Source of the DNA: a virus | Taxonomy: Duplodnaviria; Heunggongvirae; Uroviricota; Caudoviricetes | Length of the DNA stretch: 64,000 bases | Virus record (IMG/VR): IMGVR_UViG_3300017987_005500 | Direction: 5' to 3' (one strand) | Part shown: positions 10,555-19,054 of the stretch, piece by piece | Layout of the letters: each line of letters begins with the position of its first letter | Numbering within the stretch: the stretch's first letter is position 1 | Translations under genes and position numbers: made by a program | The notes under the pieces: model-generated | The model's database searches: none | The model's input: the letters and a program-made list of their open reading frames with translations, nothing else | Told to the model about the DNA's origin: nothing

Positions 10555-10905
10555 ATGAGTCAACTTACAGTAAAAATAATTAACGAGACAACTGAATCAT
10601 GGTTAATTGAAGGACCTTTATCAAAAGGTAAAGCTAAGAAAAAGTTTATACAAATATATAATGATGCAGCTCAAAAAATTAATAGACATATGCAGGGTTG
10701 TTCTGGAGATGATGTATCATTAGATGATAATCATAGATGTTATTATAAAGCAGTGATAAAGTATTATACTACAGCATTACATGAGATGGAAAGAGCGGCA
10801 GAGAATTCAAATGATGAAACATATTCAAGATTTTTATATGATCATGCAAGATTATTTTCCGGTGGAATTCAAAATGCAACAAGTGCACTTAAAAAATTAG
10901 AATAA
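10555..10905 (+). CDS. Hypothetical protein, possible head-internal protein
   Basis: N-terminal IINE/LIEG motifs; RBS aggag. Confidence 0.45.
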   Translation: MSQLTVKIINETTESWLIEGPLSKGKAKKKFIQIYNDAAQKINRHMQGCSGDDVSLDDNHRCYYKAVIKYYTTALHEMERAAENSNDETYSRFLYDHARLFSGGIQNATSALKKLE

Positions 10906-10921
10906 TTAAAAGGGAATAATT

Positions 10922-11983
10922 ATGGCAGTACAAGAAATGCCCGCATTTGAAAATGGTCTGGGTTTTATGTCATGTATTAAATTAATGGAATATCCAGATA
11001 AAATTCGTACGTATTTAGAAGGTTCTTTTGCTGAAGTATTTACAGATCCTTGGGGAGATTGGGATAAAATATTAAGAGTATTTGGAACATTTGGAACATT
11101 TAAAAGTCAGGAAAATGCAAGTTTTGCAAAATATGAAGATCAAGGAGATAGTCAAAAAGGACCATATTTTTTATCATATGCAAGTGATGGGATTCTTGTC
11201 CAAATGTTTGAAATTGCAAAAAAGCTTGGAGTTTTAATTGATGCTGATGATATGGAGATAACTTACAAAGTACCTCCTACTCCAAAAGAAGTTGAAAATT
11301 TAACAAAATGGAAATCATTAGTGATGCAATTTGAAAAGATAAAAGATATTGAAACTACGATGATTGTTTCAGCATTTGCAATGGGACCACTTATTAACTC
11401 TCAAAGTAGTTTAGTAAGATCTCCAGCTCAATTGAAATTATATAATAGTTATTTATTAGGAACTACAATTTCAATGTCTGAAAAATTTGGTGGATCGACT
11501 TCTGAATCTTGTGTTCATAAAGTTCCTTGGGACACTACAAATACAATGTTCCCAGATATGGTTGGAACTTTAACTGGAGATTGGTGGTATAATTTAATTG
11601 CCGAACAAATTGTTGATCATGAATATGAGATGATTGATGCTCCTCTTTATTATATGACTCCAGCTGATGTAAGTAATAATTATTTTGATTTTGATAATGC
11701 TGGCGATAATGTCGTAAATGTAGAATATGCAATTGCTTTGCCTGAGGATTCAACTTCTGATGTAAGTCTTGAATTAAAGACATGTTATGGAGTTACATTT
11801 AGTCAGGATTTGCTTTATCCTTGTGATGGAACTCTTTGCGATTATTCAGCAAGTTGTGGAAATCCTGAATATATAAATCCTTCATCAATAGACTTTATTA
11901 TAGATAATAGATTGCATTGGGGAAGTTCTAGTTACGCAGGTCAACGAGTGAGAATAAAATATAAAAAGATTTCAATAGTTTAA
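10922..11983 (+). CDS. Putative tail/baseplate protein, paralog of 9559-10545
   Basis: Shares sequence blocks with 9559; directly upstream of PAAR. Confidence 0.5.
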   Translation: MAVQEMPAFENGLGFMSCIKLMEYPDKIRTYLEGSFAEVFTDPWGDWDKILRVFGTFGTFKSQENASFAKYEDQGDSQKGPYFLSYASDGILVQMFEIAKKLGVLIDADDMEITYKVPPTPKEVENLTKWKSLVMQFEKIKDIETTMIVSAFAMGPLINSQSSLVRSPAQLKLYNSYLLGTTISMSEKFGGSTSESCVHKVPWDTTNTMFPDMVGTLTGDWWYNLIAEQIVDHEYEMIDAPLYYMTPADVSNNYFDFDNAGDNVVNVEYAIALPEDSTSDVSLELKTCYGVTFSQDLLYPCDGTLCDYSASCGNPEYINPSSIDFIIDNRLHWGSSSYAGQRVRIKYKKISIV

Positions 11984-11993
11984 GGGGATTTAT

Positions 11994-12317
11994 ATGACTG
12001 TAGCGAGACTCACAGATATTTCACATAATCCAAGTGATTGTCATTCATGCCCAGGATGTTGCCATGATGTAAAAGGACCTGCTATAACTGGGAGTCCTGA
12101 CACAATTTTAAATGGTAAACCTGTTTTGAGAGCTGCCGGAGCTGATCAAGGAATACATTGTTGCTGCTGTGGAAGTAATTCATGGATGACTCTTGCAGGA
12201 AGTGGAGATATATATTTAAATGGTCTTCCTCTTGTTAGACTTATGGATCCGACACAGCATTGTGGAGGAATTGGTTTTATAGAAACTTCATCAGAAGATA
12301 CAAATTCAAATTACTAG
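11994..12317 (+). CDS. PAAR-domain spike tip protein
   Basis: VARLTD..H, GSPDTILNGKPVLR, GSGDIYLNGLPLVRLMD..HCGG.G.I..SS repeats. Confidence 0.9.
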   Translation: MTVARLTDISHNPSDCHSCPGCCHDVKGPAITGSPDTILNGKPVLRAAGADQGIHCCCCGSNSWMTLAGSGDIYLNGLPLVRLMDPTQHCGGIGFIETSSEDTNSNY

Positions 12318-12327
12318 GGAAACTAAA

Positions 12328-12843
12328 ATGAGACTTCCATTTAAACCTTCGTTATTAAAAGTAAGAAGAAAGAAAATTAAGTGGATTATTTTACATCATA
12401 CTGTAGAGTTATATCCTTCTCCCGAAGCTAAAATAGATAACGCAAAATTTCAATTACCTTTTTTATATAATAATGCTATTGAACAAAACACTGCTGATAT
12501 TAATTATCATTTTGTAATTGAGAAAATTAAAAATGATTATCATGCTATAACAACACGACCTTTTTCATATCTTTGTCAATGGGATGATATAAGTCCAGAC
12601 ATAAATGAAAGAGCTGCTCATGTTGCTTTATTGGGTTCATATGACTTTAAAATTCCTGAAGTTAGACTTTTAGAAGTATTGTCATATAAAATCCTTAACC
12701 CTCTCCTTAAGATGTTCGCAATACCACCTTCCCGAATAAAACTTCATAGAGATGTTTCTGATAATAAAGAACTTACATGTCCAGGTGATTTTATAGACCT
12801 TGCCAGAATACAATCATTAGTCCGACGTTATGTTATTAAATAG
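12328..12843 (+). CDS. N-acetylmuramoyl-L-alanine amidase (Amidase_2/T7 lysozyme fold)
   Basis: IILHHT, YHFVI, LHRDV and TCPG carry the His/His/Cys zinc ligands. Confidence 0.8.
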   Translation: MRLPFKPSLLKVRRKKIKWIILHHTVELYPSPEAKIDNAKFQLPFLYNNAIEQNTADINYHFVIEKIKNDYHAITTRPFSYLCQWDDISPDINERAAHVALLGSYDFKIPEVRLLEVLSYKILNPLLKMFAIPPSRIKLHRDVSDNKELTCPGDFIDLARIQSLVRRYVIK

Positions 12844-12868
12844 TAAATTTCCATTTAATTTTTTTTAT

Positions 12869-12888
12869 CTATATATATTTCTTTATAA
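12869..12888 (+). promoter_or_regulatory. Putative phage early/middle promoter, motif class A (YTATATATAT-WWNTWTWTRA), copy 1
   Basis: Same motif at 24024, 44401 and 52909, each at the start of a large intergenic gap. Confidence 0.55.
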
Positions 12889-12933
12889 ATAAGTATAATA
12901 TTTGTAAAGTAATTTGGATAAAAAAGGAGAGTC

Positions 12934-14391
12934 ATGGAACTTGAGAAAAAAGAAGTTAAAAAATGGACTATTATTTTTGGAGATGGTTGGCAATTCGAGC
13001 TGGATTTAATTTCTAATTCAATTACAAACAAATTTCATATCATTGCAGATTTTTTGACATCAATGTCGGAATCCTGCGATGGTTTTGAAGAATGGTTAAA
13101 GACTTTTTTGTTTGCATATTCTGAAAATGCTGACTTGAGATTTGACCTTTTAAAAGACGCTGTCCCAGTAATTAAGAAATATGTAAATGAATACATTGAT
13201 CTTATAGCAACTGACTATGATAAATTTGTTGATGAGACAAAAGCAAAGAAGTCAAGTATTTTATTTAGAGCTCCTGAAATTAAAAGTATTATAATACTTT
13301 CAGGTTATTTGAAAGTATATGCTTTAATTTCAAATAGTGCTAATTTGAAATTAGATCAAAGACTTCATAGACAAATTTATAACTTATTTGCAGCTGATAT
13401 ATTAAAAACTGATATTGTCAGAAAAATATTCGACGTAGTAAAAACAAAGACATTTCGTTATAGTATAACCGACAGATATATGTGGGATTATATTAGGACA
13501 ATACAATGCAAAGAAATCGACGATCACATAATCGAGATATTCAATTTTATAATGAATAATATCTTAGCGTTATGTGAAAATGATAAAAATCCAATCATCT
13601 TCTTTATTGGGGTGATTGATGAATCTGTAAAATGGTTCTTGAGATCAGTCTATAAAGGAACTATTATTTATGAAGATAGCATGTCAACTGAAGATATTCA
13701 ATCTGCAAATATTGATAACTTGAGTGCATATTGCTATAACGATACATTGGGTCGATTGAAGGGTATTGCATATGAATTGATATATGAATCCTTGGAAGGA
13801 AAGAAAGGGGGAGTATTAACCTTTACGGACGAAAATGGAGAGGTTGGGACTGATAGCTATATCACAACATTTCAATCAAGAGTTATGGGTGTTGAGCATA
13901 TATCACCCTTATGTGAATGTATTGTATTTCCAGTTCTTTCAAAAGTATTGGATATTCCATATAGCTATTTCAAGACAATATCTCCAGAACATGCAGCTGT
14001 ATTATCAGTATATACTCATAACCTTTTAAAGAAGGTATTTAAAAATAATTTTAAGACATTAATATCAATGCTCCCATTTTACCCAAATGAGCAACCATCA
14101 TTATCAACAACATATGTCCTTAAGAATGTGAACACATATTTAAATCTATTTAATGAGACACAGGATTTCTTTGGATTTAAAAATAAGATATTCTTTCATA
14201 ATGTTCTTTGTCATTTTGTAGGAAGAGTATCAAGGATTGATTTTGTCCATGTTGTTGATGGAACTAAATTAGGTGGAATCCCATTAAGTAAAATTGAGGA
14301 AGATATGATAGAGTTCTTTATATCATTCTTCTCTGGGAATTTAGATGGTGAGTTTGAAGAAATGTCTAAAATAGCAAACTCTGATTTTTAG
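12934..14391 (+). CDS. Hypothetical 485-aa helical protein (candidate RNAP specificity factor)
   Basis: Strong RBS and its own class A motif; no recognisable family motif. The function call is speculative. Confidence 0.5.
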   Translation: MELEKKEVKKWTIIFGDGWQFELDLISNSITNKFHIIADFLTSMSESCDGFEEWLKTFLFAYSENADLRFDLLKDAVPVIKKYVNEYIDLIATDYDKFVDETKAKKSSILFRAPEIKSIIILSGYLKVYALISNSANLKLDQRLHRQIYNLFAADILKTDIVRKIFDVVKTKTFRYSITDRYMWDYIRTIQCKEIDDHIIEIFNFIMNNILALCENDKNPIIFFIGVIDESVKWFLRSVYKGTIIYEDSMSTEDIQSANIDNLSAYCYNDTLGRLKGIAYELIYESLEGKKGGVLTFTDENGEVGTDSYITTFQSRVMGVEHISPLCECIVFPVLSKVLDIPYSYFKTISPEHAAVLSVYTHNLLKKVFKNNFKTLISMLPFYPNEQPSLSTTYVLKNVNTYLNLFNETQDFFGFKNKIFFHNVLCHFVGRVSRIDFVHVVDGTKLGGIPLSKIEEDMIEFFISFFSGNLDGEFEEMSKIANSDF

Positions 14392-14407
14392 TTACCTTTT
14401 CATAAAT

Positions 14408-14429
14408 TAAGAACAAAAACTAAATTAAT
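14408..14429 (+). promoter_or_regulatory. Putative phage late promoter, motif class B, copy 2
   Basis: TAAGAACAAAAACTAAATTAAT, 20/22 identical to 1569-1590. Confidence 0.55.
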
Positions 14430-14438
14430 GGAGCATAG

Positions 14439-15131
14439 ATGAGTTATCCTGAAAATCCAGAAACTATAGTATTGAAAAATAGATTTTACTCAAGAGGAAT
14501 GTCTGAGAAAAATTTATACGATTACTATCAAAAAATTCGAGGTCCTTTGATTGAACAAGTTAAGGGTCGCGATGTTATGTTTGCAATATTGGCAGGTTTA
14601 AATAAACCAATACTCAAACGAAAAGCTTCTGGAAAATTTATAATACTCACTCCATCAAATTATGATAAAATAATTACTGGAAGAACAATCTCTGTCTATT
14701 CCACAATGAAATATTATGAAGATATTGCCATTGTGGATATAGACGCAGATAATTTTGAACAAAGCAAACAACCAACTTTGGATGTTTATAACGCTCTTAA
14801 TGGAGCAAATTTTATAAGAGACCTTTCAATTCGTTACACGGGAAAAACTGGTTTTCATATTTTTTGCGAAATAGTAAGAAAAACGAAAATAGATAGTGCT
14901 AGACTTTTATTAGAGCAATATCTCTTAACTAAAAAAGAAGTAACATCGCAATATACAATAGCTGCTAAAAGAACAAAGGGAATTCCAAATATAGATTTAT
15001 GGGCATCAAATAAGAAAAATGGTGCTTTCATTAGTCTTCATTCTCTTTCTATAATAGGACTTAGATGTATGAAAGTTCAACCGACACAGTTACAATCTTT
15101 TAGACCAGAACAAGCGAGAATACGTTTTTGA
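14439..15131 (+). CDS. Archaeo-eukaryotic primase/LigD polymerase-domain protein
   Basis: AEP motif I IVDIDAD, motif II YTGKTGFHIF, motif III ID...N. Confidence 0.8.
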   Translation: MSYPENPETIVLKNRFYSRGMSEKNLYDYYQKIRGPLIEQVKGRDVMFAILAGLNKPILKRKASGKFIILTPSNYDKIITGRTISVYSTMKYYEDIAIVDIDADNFEQSKQPTLDVYNALNGANFIRDLSIRYTGKTGFHIFCEIVRKTKIDSARLLLEQYLLTKKEVTSQYTIAAKRTKGIPNIDLWASNKKNGAFISLHSLSIIGLRCMKVQPTQLQSFRPEQARIRF

Positions 15132-15592
15132 AAGGTAAGGTGAAAAAAATGAAAGAAATATTAATATTGACAGATGATATATCGAATTATGGCAAATACA
15201 GAAGTTTATTAGAAGATGCGAATGTTGAAATAAGTCATAGATCTTCAGAACTTGAAGCACTTAGACTTATTAGAGAAAAGGTTATTGATTTAGTTATTAT
15301 AGATTTAGATGTTCCTATATTTAAAATGAAAAATTTAAATGTAATAAAACATTTCAAATATAATACTGATGTTTTAAATATAGTAAATGACGTTAGCATT
15401 AAAGCAATTGAAGAATGTATTAAACTTGGTTTTGAACTTTTAAGAAAACCTTTTAAAAATGAATCACTTCTTTCTCATGTTAATAAAACAATATTTGGAG
15501 GAAGCGAGAATAATACAGATAACTTAATCACAATTGATGATTGTCTTGATGATAGTCCATTTTGTGATGGAGACAATTACGCGGAGGGTTGA
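15128..15592 (+). CDS. Stand-alone response-regulator receiver (CheY-like) protein; likely start at 15149
   Basis: ILILTDD, IDLVIIDLDVP (phosphoacceptor Asp), LRKPF. Confidence 0.75.
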   Translation: MKGKVKKMKEILILTDDISNYGKYRSLLEDANVEISHRSSELEALRLIREKVIDLVIIDLDVPIFKMKNLNVIKHFKYNTDVLNIVNDVSIKAIEECIKLGFELLRKPFKNESLLSHVNKTIFGGSENNTDNLITIDDCLDDSPFCDGDNYAEG

Positions 15593-16028
15593 TATGGAAG
15601 ATCCAAGAGTTGAGAAACTTCAAGAGTTAGTTAGGAAAATGAACTCATTGATTTCCCCAATGAGCTATCATGATACATTAAAAGATTTAAGAACAAAACC
15701 TGCCGGTGAAGTGTTTAAAGGAAATGCAACAAAATGTATCATTCCATGGAAAAAGGGAGCTCAATTAGTACAAATTCCTATTTGTAATAGGATGGGAATG
15801 ATAGATCCTCAAATGATAGAGTTTGGTAAAAAGATGGTAAATAAAATGAGATCAGTGAGTCCTCAAGATGATAGTGGTGGAGCTGATATAATCATTGCCA
15901 AATTAGATAAATTGCATAAAAAGTATAGCAAAGATATTCCAAAACCATCTGATAGAGCTGCCCAACATGGACAAGTTACAAAATTCACAAATAAAATACT
16001 AAAGAATATTAAAGGACATTTAACGTAA
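15534..16028 (+). CDS. Hypothetical basic protein coupled to RNAP beta' (likely start MEDP at 15594)
   Basis: RBS ggaggg before 15594; TAATG overlap with beta'. Confidence 0.55.
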   Translation: MMIVLMIVHFVMETITRRVDMEDPRVEKLQELVRKMNSLISPMSYHDTLKDLRTKPAGEVFKGNATKCIIPWKKGAQLVQIPICNRMGMIDPQMIEFGKKMVNKMRSVSPQDDSGGADIIIAKLDKLHKKYSKDIPKPSDRAAQHGQVTKFTNKILKNIKGHLT

Positions 16029-19000
16029 TGTTAGATCTTTTAAATGTTAATGATTTCACAAAAGGACTTGATTTAATATCATCTACAGAGATCGCAACTA
16101 AAGATGGCGGATTTCATGTAAATGGATTATTCTCAGAGTCCATTTTTGGAACAGTAGGTTCCAATGAAAGACGAACAACATATGCTTATATTGATTTAGG
16201 AGCAAATGTAATTCACCCAACAATGATACGTTTTCTTTATAGACTTGATGGAAAAATAAAATCTTTTATATCAACTGAACATACATATGAAGTTGATAAA
16301 GAAACGGGTGAACTTGTCCAATCTCCTGATGGAGTTTCTGGTATAGCTGCTTTTATTAAATTGTTTCCAAAGATTAAATTCAATCTTGGAACTCCAGCAA
16401 GAGAAAAAATTAATGCCTCTGTTCAAGCTGCCTATAAAGATAAGTCTATTTTTATTAATAAACTTCCAGTTATTCCACCTGGTTATAGAGATGCTTATCA
16501 AGATGAATCTGGAGATTGGGTAGTTGATAAACTTAATGATTATTATATTACTATAATGAGGCGAGCTGTTAATGTAACAACATCATCTGGATCAGGTATT
16601 CTTTTTGATCTGATGAATTATGGTTTACAGCAAGCAGTCATTGATCATGATAAATATATCCAAACTCGTATTGCTAAAAAGTCTGGAATTATAAGAAGTC
16701 AAATGTTGGGAAAACGAATTGATTTTTCAGCTAGATCTGTAATTACACCAGGTCCTGACTTAAAAATTAATGAGATTGGAATTCCTTTAAGAATTGCAGC
16801 AACAATATTTGAACCATTTTTAATTCATCGTCTTTTATATTCTGGAATTGTTGATCAAGACTCATTATCTAAGGAAGTTGAAGAGTTTGTTGGAATTCCT
16901 CTATCTGTAGATAGTGTAAGAAAAGTCATTAAATCAATAAGAGTTGGTGATAAAATTCCTGAAGCATTATATAATATTTTTGCAGAATCAACCGAAGCTG
17001 TTATGCACGGAAGAGCAGTTATTGCAAAACGAGATCCAGCACTTCACGCAGAATCAGTAAGAGCATTTACTCCAATTTTAACTCATGGAAATAATGTACA
17101 AATATGCACATTGCAAGTAACTGGATTTAATGCTGACTTTGATGGAGATACAATGTTAGTTTGTCATCCTTTGAGTAATGAAGCTCAAGAAGAGATTCAA
17201 GAAAAAATGATGAAAGCTAAATCTGGTGAGTCATCAACTGCAATAACATTTGAATTAAATAAGGAAATGTATGTAGGACTTTATACAATAACGAAAGATA
17301 TTAAGTCCACAAAAGCAGCAATCGCTGTAACTGATAAAGATTTAGAAGATGCATCAAATCCTTATATTCCAGTAGTTTATAGAAAACAAAATACCACAAT
17401 GGGAAAAGCAATATTCAATAGTTGTTTTCCTCCCACCTTTCCTTATGTAAATAAATTGATAACCAAAAAAGTAGTTAATAAAATAATTGATGAATTATTT
17501 AAAAAATACGACGATGATATTGTTAGAGAATCCGTATCTAAACTTGCTAAAGTTGGTTTTAAATTTGCTACAATCATTGCCCCATCTATAAGTATTCAAG
17601 ACTTTGAACTTCCTCCAGCTATATATGAAATTAAAAAGAAACTTGATAAAGTTCCTATTGATGAAGCTCAAAGATTGTTAGATGATGCTCAAAAAATTCT
17701 TGCAAAACATCTTGAAGATACTGGGTTTCATGATTTGATAGAGTCTGGTTCTGGAAAAGGTTGGAGTCAACCAATGCAAATTCTTGTAGCGAAAGGAATT
17801 ATTGCTGACCCAGATGGAAATGTTTTAGAACCTATTAAGGGATCTTTCGCAGATGGATTATCAAATGAGGAATTTTATAATGCAGCTCCAGGTGCTATGA
17901 AAGGAATAATTGATAGAGTCCATAATACTGCTGAAACAGGATATTTATCAAGAAGATTAGCTTTTGTGCTTAATACAGTTGAAGCTGATCCTTATCTTAG
18001 AGATTGCAAAACTAAAAGAACTTTAAATCTTAAAGCAGAACCTGATTTAGTAAGAAGGATGGTAGGAAGATTTGTATTAAAAAATGGAAAACCAGTTTTA
18101 TTTGATCCCAATGATTTTAAAACAGGGGATTTAATTCAATTAAGAAGTCCGATATATTGTGAAAGTCCTAAGATTTGTTATACTTGCTACGGCGAACTAA
18201 TAAAGAGAGTTGGTTCCCCTTACATAGGAATTGTATCAGCTCAGATAATTGGAGAAAGAGGAACTCAATTAATTATGAGAACCTTCCATACAGGTGGAGC
18301 TACTAAAATAGATAAAAAAGATATGATCTCCGATATTATTGATGGGGACGCATTTGTAACAAAGGATGTTGTTAAATCTAAACTTAGACAAGAAGGTAAT
18401 TCATTAGTATGTTTAGATGATTGCAAAATAACTATAGGACTTAATAATTATGAATCTGAAGATGTTGCAATTAAAGAAGATGAGAATGTAGTTTGGTTAA
18501 GAAGCTTAATTTGTAATATAAGCTTTGAAGATACAGAATTCTCTATAATTCTTGATTATATTATAAATGTAAATATTATAAATGGAAATATAGAAGGTAA
18601 TGCAAAAAGTGAAGTAATTCAACTAAATTATCCAAAAGGCAGTACAATTTTAGAATGTACATTAGAGTCAATTGAATTGAAAAAACAAATTCAATTTATT
18701 GATAGACTTCTCAGCGGAAGGGAAATATATAAAAATACAGAACATGTATTTAGACGAATATTTAAAATATACCAAGAACATTCAGGAATGGATTTAGTTC
18801 ATTTAGAAGTTTTATTATCTAATTGTTTTAGATGGAAAGATAATTTAGCTTATCCTGCAAGACTTGGAAAAACATGGGATCCTGTCATGATTAATGTGAA
18901 GAATTTAGTTTTCAATACAGGGTTTGTAAATGGTTTGGCATTTGAAAATATTACAAAAGCTATTGAAATGGGATTAATTGCACAAGAAGATGTACCACCA

Positions 19001-19054
19001 TCTGTATTAGAGAAGGTAATGACAGGAACACTAATTGAGGAAACTAAAAAATAA
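16028..19054 (+). CDS. rpoC: Multisubunit RNA polymerase beta'-like subunit, copy 1 (putative virion RNAP)
   Basis: GLFSESIFG, PVIPP..R, LGKRIDFSARSVI, RDPALH, catalytic NADFDGD, TAETGYLSRR, CYTCYG, TQLIMRTFHTGG; lacks the N-terminal zinc-ribbon cysteines. Confidence 0.95.
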   Translation: MLDLLNVNDFTKGLDLISSTEIATKDGGFHVNGLFSESIFGTVGSNERRTTYAYIDLGANVIHPTMIRFLYRLDGKIKSFISTEHTYEVDKETGELVQSPDGVSGIAAFIKLFPKIKFNLGTPAREKINASVQAAYKDKSIFINKLPVIPPGYRDAYQDESGDWVVDKLNDYYITIMRRAVNVTTSSGSGILFDLMNYGLQQAVIDHDKYIQTRIAKKSGIIRSQMLGKRIDFSARSVITPGPDLKINEIGIPLRIAATIFEPFLIHRLLYSGIVDQDSLSKEVEEFVGIPLSVDSVRKVIKSIRVGDKIPEALYNIFAESTEAVMHGRAVIAKRDPALHAESVRAFTPILTHGNNVQICTLQVTGFNADFDGDTMLVCHPLSNEAQEEIQEKMMKAKSGESSTAITFELNKEMYVGLYTITKDIKSTKAAIAVTDKDLEDASNPYIPVVYRKQNTTMGKAIFNSCFPPTFPYVNKLITKKVVNKIIDELFKKYDDDIVRESVSKLAKVGFKFATIIAPSISIQDFELPPAIYEIKKKLDKVPIDEAQRLLDDAQKILAKHLEDTGFHDLIESGSGKGWSQPMQILVAKGIIADPDGNVLEPIKGSFADGLSNEEFYNAAPGAMKGIIDRVHNTAETGYLSRRLAFVLNTVEADPYLRDCKTKRTLNLKAEPDLVRRMVGRFVLKNGKPVLFDPNDFKTGDLIQLRSPIYCESPKICYTCYGELIKRVGSPYIGIVSAQIIGERGTQLIMRTFHTGGATKIDKKDMISDIIDGDAFVTKDVVKSKLRQEGNSLVCLDDCKITIGLNNYESEDVAIKEDENVVWLRSLICNISFEDTEFSIILDYIINVNIINGNIEGNAKSEVIQLNYPKGSTILECTLESIELKKQIQFIDRLLSGREIYKNTEHVFRRIFKIYQEHSGMDLVHLEVLLSNCFRWKDNLAYPARLGKTWDPVMINVKNLVFNTGFVNGLAFENITKAIEMGLIAQEDVPPSVLEKVMTGTLIEETKK

